A DNA stretch of 64,000 bases from assembly GCF_009914755.1 (NCBI RefSeq), contig NC_060926.1, one strand, 5' to 3'. A program made the translations under genes and the position numbers. The DNA is from the human T2T-CHM13v2.0 reference genome, Homo sapiens. Below, piece by piece: positions 26,265 through 37,957 of this stretch; the first letter of the stretch is position 1, and every line of letters starts with the position of its first letter. The notes beneath the pieces were generated by a model, which worked only from the letters and a program-made list of their open reading frames with translations, made no database searches and was not told the origin of the DNA.

Positions 26265-26670
<406 letters not shown>

Positions 26671-26810
26671 TTACCATGTAATCCTATTTTTGTTAAAAGG
26701 AAAGAAAGAAAAGGCAAGAACGAGAGAGTGAAAGAGAAAGAATGAAAGAAAATACATTCATATGAGTGTATATAGAGAAAGGTCTGGAAAAATACACCGT
26801 GTTTGACCTA

Positions 26811-27345
<535 letters not shown>

Positions 27346-27971
27346 ACTGACCAACGTTTCTGCTTTTCCCGCAAGCCTCACTCATTGCTTTTGCAATTAA
27401 AAAAAATACTAAAGGAATTTGAACCATGAAAGAATAAACAAAGCAATAAAAATGAACAATCAAAAAAGAGGATTTGGAGTTTTAGGGGGGTTTTAGGGGT
27501 TTTTTCTCTCCTAGTTTATTTTCAGCCAATTATGTCTCCTCTACTTACTTGATGATTTTTTTGGTGAGTTTTTTATTTTCATAAATTGATTTTTAGAATG
27601 AATATTTCCAACCACAGTTAACTGTTTTTGAGTTTTGTTAATAACTTATACACTGCTTAGCTAACAAAGACCTAGTTGTTGGTTACTTCAGCTTTTCAAA
27701 TTCATTTTCACCCACTTGCCTTGCTCTGTTTATAATAGATTAAAACAACCTAAATTCATTTTAATAAAATCTTTGTTTGACCAAACTGTTCCAGCTAACT
27801 AAATTGAGTGCTCCAAAGTCAAGCCGGCTTAAATTCCAATCTCAGTTCAGCCACTTACCATTTACACAACACTGGGCAAATTAACCTCTCCCAATCTCAA
27901 TTCCCCCATCTACTAAATGGGTATAAAACCTACTTTGTAGATGTTTTGTGAGAATTAGAAAGAAATTGCCT

Positions 27972-28359
27972 GGCCGGGTGCAGTGGCTCACTCCTGTAAT
28001 CCCAACACTTTGGGCGGGAGAATTGCTTGAGCCCAGGATTTTGAGCAATATGGCAAAACCCCGTCTCTACAAAAAATACAAAAATTAGGCATGGTGGCCC
28101 ACATCTATAGTCCCAGCTACCAGGAGGCTGAGATGAGGGGATTGCTTGAGCCTGGGAGGTCTAGGCCACAATGAGCTGTGATCGTGACACTGCACTCCAG
28201 CCTGGCACGACACAGCAAGATCCTGTAAGAAAAGAAAAAGAAAAAGAAAGGAAAAGAAAAGAAAAGGGAAGGGAAAGGAAGAAAAGAAAAGAAAAAAGAA
28301 AAGGGAAGGGAAGAAAAGAAAAGAAAAAGAAAAGGAGAAAAGGAAATGAAAAGAGAAAA
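27972..28359 (+). mobile_element. AluJ-like SINE with a long GA-rich tail
   Basis: Alu with internal deletions; (GAAAA)n tail ~28227-28359; TSD aga(a/g)attgcc. Confidence 0.9.
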
Positions 28360-28392
28360 GAGATTGCCACATAAGCAAGCTGTGAGTTACCT

Positions 28393-28550
28393 CATCTGGG
28401 GCTGGATAGTTCTTTATTGTGTGGGTTGTTTGGTGCATTGCAGGATGTTTTGCAGCCTCTGACCTTTACTCACTAGATGCCAATAGTCCCCCCCATCCCC
28501 TATCCCCTGGAAGATGTGACAACCAAAAATGTCCCCAGACATTGCCAATA
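28393..28550. mobile_element. MER20 (hAT-Charlie) DNA transposon
   Basis: gtgcattgcaggatgttt..gcagc..ct..actagatgccaatag...gtgacaaccaaaaatgtccccagacattgccaa. Confidence 0.85.
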
Positions 28551-29341
28551 CTGCCTTAGACCTGTCCCTCTCTCACCTCCATAACAAATGCCCCTAAGTC
28601 CTGTTGGTTCGTCCTCCATGTTACCTTTGGAATCAGTTCCCCTTTCTTACTAGCTGGCTTAGCCCTTCAGCCCGTACCAGGGCAGCACAGAACCCCCAGG
28701 GCAACCTCCCTCCATCAGGCCTTCTGCCCTGCCTCCCTCCAGGGGCTGCACAGCGGGGTGAGACATGAAAACATGAAGGTCTGCTTTTGCTCTTTGATTT
28801 TCTCCTGTTTCTCCCAGCTCAGGCAAGTAGCCAGGACTTTCATTTTACTGGGCCAAAAGCCACTGTTGCGTGTAAGACCCAAGACACTTTTCTTCCCCAT
28901 CTTCTGTACCTGCCTAAACCATGGATCAGTGTATGACCCAGTGCTCTGGACAGGGAGTTGTGGGTGGTCTCAGGAAGAGTAAGGGAATATGCAGAGGGCA
29001 GATCTGGTTTGACAGGGGATGGACAGTGGTCAGTCCTGGGGATAACTGGCACCCACACACCTCTCAGCAGCCTCACTCCAAGCAAGTGGCGGGACAGCAC
29101 ATGGGGTGGGTGCCTGGCGTCCCTAGAGAGGGAGGACATAAGACGGGGCCTCCTTGTGCCCGTGCATGGCACAGAAAGCAGCACAACTTTGTGGCCGGAA
29201 GGGCTCACATGTGCAGGGACGCTGGGCATTTCCATGGACACAGTGTGACTGCGACTGGGCAGTTACGACCTGCAGGGTCCTCTTTCTCCAATGCTTCACT
29301 GCTGCATAAGTTTCTGGGACCTTTCCCCCAATCCAGGGTAA

Positions 29342-29769
<428 letters not shown>

Positions 29770-32044
29770 TAAATGACATCTCTCACATCAGCATCTATGA
29801 GTTTGTAAACTGAGGTTCAGATGCATCTCATGATGCAGATGCCATCAAGTCACTTCCCTGCCTCCAACCCTGCCCTGGCTCTCCATTGTCTGAGAATGAA
29901 GGCTCCTCATGGCCCACCACAGAAGAAGCAGGGGCTCAGCTTCCACTCCTGCTTCCAGGCCAGACATCACTAATCAATCATGGCATCTTGCTGGCTGTGT
30001 CTGAATACAGTCCCAGAATCCTTTGCAGCACTGCCCACTAGGCAGCCACATGGGTCTGAGCTGGTCCTTAAGAAGGCAAGTAGTTTCTCTATTTTACCCC
30101 CATTTCCCCATTTTACTGCTTCTTAGATCCAGATATACCATTGGCAGATACATTTGCATCGCAGAGGTGGTGGTTGTTTCCTCCAAGAATATTAATAAAC
30201 TTAAAACACACTTTTGAATTGAGTGCATTTTAGAGCTGAAATAAAAGCAGCATCTCCTTCCCTGGTCTCCTGGAGTTTCCTCAAAGTCCATATGAGAGGA
30301 TCCATGCTGGCCCCCGTCTTCTCCTCCTGTCTCTGTTAGCCAACACCAGCAGGCTTGTCCTTGCCTCCCTGTTTTCTTCCCTTTCCTCCCTCCACCCCAA
30401 ATATTCCCGGGAAACATCCATTCATTCATCTTTAAAGACTCAACTTAAAGATCTCTAGGGAGCTGTCCCTGACTGCACAATGTCCCACCCAGCACAGGAG
30501 TGGGGAGGAGGTCACAGCACAGGGTCACTCTAAGCCCTGCCTGCCTCCCTCTCCCAGACTGTCCTAGAGGACAGGGCTCCCTTCACGTCCTTCCTAGTGC
30601 AGGGAGAGGCTCTGCTAGGAACTCCTAGAGACAGGAAGAGCACCACATGTGCCTTGGAGAAGTCACCACAGTCCAGCTCAGAGTTACACAGTTCTCCAGG
30701 CTTGGGGGTTACTGACCCACAATATCAAGCAGTCAAAACTTGAGAGCCAATTGATTAGCCCACAGTGAAAAGCATAACAGCTTTTCTTGCTACCCAGCCA
30801 AGAGGCTTCCTTACCCGAGGTTACTTGGCAACGGTGGACTCAATACAGGAGCAGTGACTGATGGGCCTGGAACGTGGGGTGGCGTCATGTCTGACAGCTG
30901 CCCCAGTATCTCCTCAGTGTAGAGGACCAGGTGGGCAGACCAGGTCACCTCCCTGGAGCGTGGAGGCTGGCCCTTCCCTCGCATGGCCACAAGGGCAGGA
31001 CTCATGGCCTTCAGTCTATGACTCCAGCTGCCCTCTTGATGGACACATCGTGTCCTCAGATAAGGACACACCTTGACACTGGCCCTCGAGGCACTCCCTG
31101 CACACCTGGGAGACCTCCACTCTCCCGCCAGCAGCTGCGCTCGGCTTCCTCATTTGTCTTTCTCATTTGCTGCCAATGGCCACCCACACCTGGCACTGGG
31201 TGGGAGATCTGAATGAGTGGGCGCTCCTAAGCTTCTCTTCCATAGGTGCATGGGTTAGCAATTCGGAAACAACTTTCTGGGTATTTTAGAACTGGGCAAA
31301 TAAGTAACCTGGAGCCAGGTTTCTCATTATTAGAGAAAGAAGTCACAAATCTCAAGGGGAAGGTTACGATCCTTTTGTAGCTTGTAAGCGTGATGATTGG
31401 ATGTTTGCAGGAGCGTGTGTGATGTGCCACCTCGCACCTTGCTACAACATCGGCACAGTAGCTGTGTGACATGAGAAATAATAAATAAAGGGGAAGGTTA
31501 GACTAAGTCCTAGAGTGTGGGGTTGGAATTGGAAGTATCAGCAGGAACTCATAATAGAGAGAGGGAGAGAGAGAAATATAGAGAAGTGGACTCTATGGTT
31601 TTCTTCTTAGCTCTGACCACTGAGAGGTCCTAGGAGTGATGGCATGCCAGTAGCAAGAAGCACACACACCTGACACCCAGATCCTTGTTTCTGAATATCA
31701 GACCCCACTCAAAGGAACCAGAGCTCCTGGAGAAATGGCTGATCCCAGGGCTGGTACAGGGAAGGGACAAGATGAGCCTGGAACATCTTGTGCCAGAAAA
31801 TAAGGAAGGGCTCTTATGATGATGGGGACACGTCCCAAGGAGACAGGAGCCAGTTTGAAGCTGTCCCCATGGCCAAATCTAAAACAATTTGAGCATCAAA
31901 ATAAATAATGATTGTAAATGAGTATAACTCATAGAAAAATAAGAATCTCTAAGTCCACATGGTATAAATCAACCAATAAATGAGTAGAGAAAGCTCTTCT
32001 GTAGAGTTGAGGGCCAGCTAATAGGTATAGAAGGATAGAATTAG

Positions 32045-32137
32045 TCCTGTAAGCCCAGCTACTTTGGAGGCTGAGTCAGGAGGATCACTTGAGCCCAGGA
32101 GTTTGAGACCAGCTAGGGCAAAAAAGCAAGACCCTGT
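32045..32137 (+). mobile_element. Alu monomer (FLAM-like)
   Basis: cccagctactttggaggctgagtcaggaggatcacttgagcccaggagtttgagaccagc. Confidence 0.85.
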
Positions 32138-32283
32138 GAAGAAGAAAGAAGAAAGAAGAAGGAGAAGGAGAAGAGGAAGAAGAAGAAGAAGAAGAAGAAG
32201 AAAAGAGGAAGAAGAAGAAGAAAGCAGAGGAGGAGGGGAGGAGGAGGAGGAGAAGGAGGAGGAGGAGAAGAAGAAGAAGGAGA
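32138..32283. repeat. (GAA)n/(GGA)n polypurine tract
   Basis: 146 nt of purines with a single C at 32225. Confidence 0.95.
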
Positions 32284-33289
32284 TTAGAAAATCACCATCA
32301 TTTGGTAATTTGGTAATATCACAGTGACAATTCAGACAAAGATCACCAATGGGTGCTGAGGCTAGTGGTGACAGTCTTATGAGAAACAAGATATTTATAT
32401 GGCTTCAGAGTGTCTCCCCACAAGACACTTACTCATGACGGGGGTAAAATAGTTATTTATGGAGTAAAAACCTGGCAAACAGCATTTTGACCAAGTGATG
32501 AAACAAGTCGGCAACATATGCCTCCTGATACGATGTACTGAGGATGCACCATCACTTCTGGGTATTCCTGCCCGAAACCCACAGCCCGAATCTCACCACA
32601 ACTGAACATCAGATTCAGCCAAACTGAGGAACATTCTACAGAATAACTGGCCAGGCGTCCTCAAAACTATCAGGGTCATGAAAACAAAGACAGAGGAATT
32701 ACTCAGATTAAAGGAGATGAAAGAGACACGGCAACTAAATGCAATATGTAGCTGAATTCAGTCCTGGACTAGAAAATAATCTGGGGGCCAACAATGTTCT
32801 TGTTGGGATAATTGGAACCATTGGAGTAAGATCTGAAGATCAGATGATAGTGGTATTACATCAGTGAACTTCCTGATTTTGATAACTGCATCATGGTTAT
32901 ATAAGAGAATGCCCTTGTTGTTGTTGTTGTTTTCCCCTAGGAAATATACACTGAAGTATTTAGAGATAAAAGTGCATCATATTTGCGATTTTCAAAGGTT
33001 CCTATATATATAGATAGGAGAAAAGGAATGAGAATGAGAGAGATGATGAAGTTAATTGGAAAAATGCTAATATTTGGGGAAACTGGGTGAAACGTGGAAA
33101 TTCTTTGTACTGCTCTTGCAACTTTCCTGTTAGTCTCAAATTAAGACTTAAAGATTTTCTGGATAAAAGCATAAAGAATTATCTAGTATGGTCTGGGGAA
33201 CTGGCATGCATTCAGTTTGTGGTGGTCATTATTAGAGAAGAAGGCAGCTTGTAGGGCCCCCTTAACTAGAGGTATTAGAATGTTCTAGG

Positions 33290-33458
33290 CCAGGGCTTTT
33301 CAAACTCTTATGTCCCCTAGAATCACTTGGGGATCTTGCTCACTGCAGATTCTGGCGCTGGTCTGGGTGGGGATGGAGAGTCTGTATTCCCAACAGGCTC
33401 GCAGGTGATGCTGATGCCGCCTTCCTGCTGGTTCATGGATCACCCTTTGGGCAGTACA
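33290..33458. mobile_element. MER5 (hAT-Charlie) DNA transposon
   Basis: cagggcttttcaaact...tagaatcacttgggga..gcagattct...caggtgatgctgatgc..gctggt...caccctttg. Confidence 0.75.
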
Positions 33459-34517
33459 GGGGTAGATGCCACTGGAATTTAGACCATGGGTTCCCAAGCC
33501 TGCTGCACTTTGGGACCACTGGAGGAACTGATGTTCATGGGTCTTCTCTGGTGATTATCATGTGCTCCAAAGGCTAAACCTTCACACTGATCCTGCATCC
33601 TCCTTTCCATCATTGCAAAAGCAGACCTTAGGTATAAGGACTGCCATGGTGTCCCAGCAGAGCCTTTGCTGCTGCTTTACTCCATCCTATACCCAGAAGG
33701 CAGATGAATCTTCCTGCTCTCCCATGGTTCAAACGCCCACTGTGGGAGGCAGGTGTGAACTCCTCACCCAGACAGCAAGCCCTCTGTGGTGTGGCCACAA
33801 CCCACTTTTTCTGGCTTCTCTCCCGGGCTTCTCTGTTGTTTGATACCTGACTTCCCAGAGAGCAGCTGCTCATAGTCCTGCAGCTGGGTTCCACGTTGAC
33901 GCATCTGCAGCTGTGATCACTCTCACCCGCATGCAGCAGCGGTCTCAGCCTCACTCGGGTCTCCCAGTAAGAAGCACCACATGGTCCCTTCCTCCATGGG
34001 GGCCATGCTTCAGATGTCACAGACCCCACCCCTCACTGTGCCCTCTCGGGGGGCCCACATTTCTCTAGGAGAGAAAACTGGCTGAGAGCTGGAGACCTGG
34101 GGGCTCAGACAGGCTCTCCTCACTCAGAGCAGGGGAAGAAGGTGTCTGCTGCTGGGACACAGCATCCCATTTGCAATCACCCAGGACAGGGCTCCACTCC
34201 GTGTGGTGTGTGGGAAAGGGCAGGGAGGCTGGGGTATTGCTCTGGAATTCTGGCCTGGCCACCAATTCCTTAGTCCCCTCCCCAGCTCCCCACCCACCCA
34301 CTTACAGACTCTTTACCCTCCCTCCTTCTACCCAGCACGTGGCTGGGATCCAAAGGACCTGGAGGAAAATAAGTCACAGGGAGGTGCCACCTGGATTGTT
34401 CCCTCGGGAGAGGGCTCGGCCCATGAGAGAGCAGCATGCGTTAGGCCACAGAGAGTGGGGCTGAAAATCAAATTTGAGAAGGGGGATGCAGGATCTGGGA
34501 GTCATCCGGAGACCACC

Positions 34518-34590
34518 CTTTCTCCAGTTCCCCCATCGCCTTCTCCAGTTCTCTCACCCCCTTCTCCAGTTCTCCCACCCACTTCTCTAG
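34518..34590. repeat. Degenerate ~21-bp tandem repeat, about 3.5 copies
   Basis: ttctccagttc recurs at ~21-nt spacing. Confidence 0.8.
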
Positions 34591-35830
34591 GCATCACTTT
34601 TCTGGAAATAGATTTCCTCCTGATCCCACACCTGTCCTTCCTCCAGGTGCCCTGGGGCTGATGGAGCTAATTTCAGTTAAGATGCTTGGCTGCCCAGGGA
34701 AGGGGCCTCGGTAAACCCCGAGGATTAGGGGCTGAGCCATGCCTCAGTTCCCAGGAGAATCACAGCTGGAATCGGAGGGAAGAAGGGGCCAGGGACGGGC
34801 AGCTGATCCTGGCTCAGATCAGCTTCAAAAAGTCCAGGGGCTTCACTCCTGCCTTCTGTCTCTCCCTCAGGAGCTGTCCAGGTGGGAACTTCAAGAGGCT
34901 CATTCCACCCTGGAGGATGGAAAATGGTCCTTCATGCCTCCATCAAGAGGTCTGGGATCCCTGCACGTTCGAGTCTCTGACCTTGCGCCAATCTTCCTGG
35001 GCCCAAAGTTTGGAGGGTGCAGGCCACCCTCCCCTGAGAACAGGCTCGCCCGATGTGCTTGGTGGGGAGGCCTGAGATTTGGAACAAACTGGCTCTTCTG
35101 TGGAGACTTTTGTCCACTCAGCTCCTCCCTTTGAGTTTCAGATTCCCAGCCCTGCTGCACTCCAGAAAAAGAAACAGAAATTTGGAAGCAAATACGAGAT
35201 GGACCCCTAAAAGAGATGCACACCCCATTCCCAGATCTGGGAATGTCCTCCCCTCCATCAGGTCATCTAGTTTCAGGCTCTGTTCCAAGTCCCTCCAAGA
35301 AGAAGCTGACCTCCCACCGCCGGGACCCTGCCTTGCCACAGCCTCCCCCGTCCTCCAGCATGCCCTTGGGCTGCCCCACACAGGTCAACACTTGTCTCCT
35401 GGCCCTGCTTTCTGCCTCCAAGTTCTCGCTCCTGGACAGCTGTAAGAACCTATTTGCCCAGCAGACACTTTCCTGTTTGTTTATCATAACCATAATTTCC
35501 CAATCCCCAATCAAGACATCTCACATAAAACTTTAGGGTCACTTTTGGGTATAGAGGCAATTTGTATGCTAAAATACTACAGATTGAAATAAGTAGAGGA
35601 ATTATGACGATTCAAAATAATGAGAGCAATTCTGGAGGGAATAAGTCAAAATATTTTATGCTGAGACTGTCTTAGAAAATCCAAGACCTGTCATCCCTGT
35701 GTATATGTTCTTATACCTCCAGCTAGGCACTCAGTAGACATGTGAATCTCCCTTGTCTTTGATGCTGACTCCCTCTCACATTCCTCTCATCCTCAATCAA
35801 CACATTACATGGTTTTTCCATGAATCAATC

Positions 35831-35836
35831 TTTATT
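35831..35836 (-). terminator. ASPRV1: ASPRV1 polyadenylation signal
   Basis: tttatt on + (AATAAA on -), about 545 nt downstream of the ASPRV1 stop. Confidence 0.8.
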
Positions 35837-36380
35837 GGTGTTTGCAGCAATTGAATTATTGGCATAAGGCACAATGGGCTTCAAAGCAAATGACAGAAAG
35901 AAAATACGATTGTACAGGTGGAAAGGCTCTTCAGGGAGGTGTCCCAGAGCAACTGTGACCCTCACAAAGACCCTGCAGCTAGGACCCAGCCCAACTAAGA
36001 CAGGCTTTGAGGACCTGAGAGTGACCAAGCCATACCTCAGGGAATCTGAAGGGGTCCCACAGTTCTTTCAAAGACAAGCATTTCTAGCTTCCTTGGGAGC
36101 TCTTCCAGCCTTTGAGTCTTTGTCATCAACAGCAGCTTGATGACCATGGGGACCCTGTCCCTCTAAGCCAGCCTGCTCTCCCTCACCTGTGCCTGTTCAG
36201 TGGAAGCCTCCCCTACCAGGGGCAGATTAAGGCCCCTGCAGAGGGAGGCAAAGGGGAGAGAAGAGCAAGAGTTGATAAGCAGACTGGCCAAGCCCAGTGA
36301 CCCCCATGAGGATATGCAACCCCCCCCACAGCGGTGGGTCTTCCCACCAATATTTAGGAGGTTAAAGAAAAGGTGGCTTC

Positions 36381-37412
36381 TCAGTGGGATAGCTCCTGCC
36401 GCCCTTCTTCTGAGGAGGGGTCCTCCTCTATGAGCTCCAGGTCAAACTCATCTTCCAGGGACCCTCCCACAGGCAGAAGGCGAAACTTCTTCCCTTTCAG
36501 GGTGCATGTGCGGTGCTCAAAGTCCAGGATAGCATTGTGGTCCTGGAGCACATCAGTGCCAATGATGGCTTCCTCGGCACTCGCATTGGCCACTAGGAAC
36601 TGTGCCTTCAGCTTCAGCTTGCCTAGGGACACCGCTGTATCCCAGACACCCAGGATCTTCATTTCAGCACCATTGGCCACCTTTACCACATTCTCAAAGG
36701 GCTGCAGGGTGTCCAGATCGCCATCAGTGACCTCCTCCCACAAGTTTGGGTGGACCACAGAGACCTGGGCCCCAGAGTCCACCAGGAACCTCACGGGCAC
36801 TTTGCCAATCTTCCCCTTGAGATAGTAGCCCTTACCCATGCTGTTGGCAAAGACGATCTCTTTGGGCAGGTGGCTGGGGGCAGCCCCAGGGACCCCAAAG
36901 GCCTTCAGGAGGGCCTCTTTCACAGTCCCATAGTCTCCCTGGTCCTGGGGACTGAGCCTATTGTAGACACCCAGGGCCTCTCCTCTGAGGGACTCTTTCA
37001 GGAACCTTAGCTTGGTGATATGGTCCCAATGGTTGAGGTCATTGATGACTTCAAAGCTGTGCAGCCAGAGGTTTGGGACGACATTGGCCCCATCAAAAGG
37101 TTCCGGGACGAAGGCATGCTGCCGGCGGCCTTCCTCACTCCTGGCTCCGCTCCCGGCCATCCTGCTGCTCTCCTCTGGAACCTCAGCAGCAACCCACGCC
37201 AAGAAGAGAAACCCACAGAGCAGTGTCGGCGCAATCACGCTGGAAAACGGGGCCTCTCGAAGCAGAGCGGGGATGACTTGCCCGGCCTTGGGCAAGCAGG
37301 AGGGAGCAGGCGCGGTCGGCTGGCTGACTGCTGGGGCAGAGGCAGGCAGTGCTGTGGCCTGTTCACTCTGCAGAGCCTTTTTGATGCCTAGGCTGGCCCC
37401 TGGGCTCCCCAT
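36381..37412 (-). CDS. ASPRV1: Retroviral-like aspartic protease SASPase; intronless; 343 aa from Met1 or 259 aa from Met85 (ATG at 37160)
   Basis: Retropepsin catalytic motif LVDSGA (D212, codon 36777-36779), flap VKVANG, IIGTDVL, and an upstream gag-capsid-like region. Sequence recognised as human ASPRV1. Confidence 0.98.
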
Positions 37413-37453
37413 TCTCCTTTGTTCTGGAAGCTCCGCCCCTCCTCACCCCGCCC
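37376..37453 (-). promoter_or_regulatory. ASPRV1: Candidate ASPRV1 core promoter (GC/KLF boxes and a weak TATA-like element)
   Basis: Minus-strand GGGCGGGGTG (37444-37453), GGGGCGGAGC (37430-37439) and CATCAAAAAGG (37376-37386). Confidence 0.45.
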
Positions 37454-37921
37454 TCCTGCCAGCATCCGGCCGGACTAGCAGGATGGGTGCCTCACCCTCT
37501 GCATCCATCCTTGGACCAACACCAGCCAGCCCACATCCCAAGAAAGGCCAGCCTCTGTTGAAGGGGGACTACCCTGTACCCTCCCTGGCCTGTGTTCCAG
37601 AATAACAGATGAGGACACGGAGGATGTGATGACATTCAGGTATTTGTCATCAGCCAGTGAAGGAAGGGGAGGCAGGGACCAGACGCCCATCAGCTCAGAG
37701 ACCGGGGAAGCCGCCATTGGCCTCCCCAACAAGTGACTACTTTGAGTGGTCAAAGGAAAACAGTTTACATGTACTGAGCTCCTACCACATGCCAGGCACT
37801 GGGAAGTGTCTCACACACATTCTAAAGCAGGTATGGGATCCTATGGGATTTCCTGGAGAGGGAGGCAGAGGAGGGTTCCAGCATAAAGAATGCACAGAAA
37901 TGGTCTTTTTTAAGTGAGTGA

Positions 37922-37923
<2 letters not shown>

Positions 37924-37953
<30 letters not shown>
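37924..37953. repeat. (AC)15 microsatellite running into an E-box CACGTG (37951-37956)
   Basis: Direct reading. Confidence 0.95.

Positions 37954-37957
<4 letters not shown>

Larger units (their letters stand above)
31200..33150 (+). mobile_element. L1MC/L1MD-type 3' end, interrupted by an Alu monomer
   Basis: Old L1 3'UTR motifs (ggaagtatcagcaggaactcata, gaggaacattctacagaataactggcc, cttcctgattttgataactg, ttctttgtactgctcttgcaactttc). Confidence 0.7.

Noticed and set aside
32018-32389. Poly-Arg/Glu and poly-Ser/Leu ORFs
   Set aside because: Translations of the GAA/GGA tract.
34801-34824. 8-bp perfect inverted repeat AGCTGATC-N8-GATCAGCT
   Set aside because: Plausible by chance in 64 kb and too short for a miRNA precursor.
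36320-36348. Minus-strand G-run and 6-bp hairpin after the ASPRV1 stop as a possible polypurine-tract or LTR relic
   Set aside because: Too short; no paired LTR, primer-binding site or pol remnants found.
37012-37605. 197-aa plus-strand ORF antisense to ASPRV1, and other overlapping ORFs such as 36373-36825
   Set aside because: Shadow ORFs of a GC-rich coding strand with no recognisable domain.
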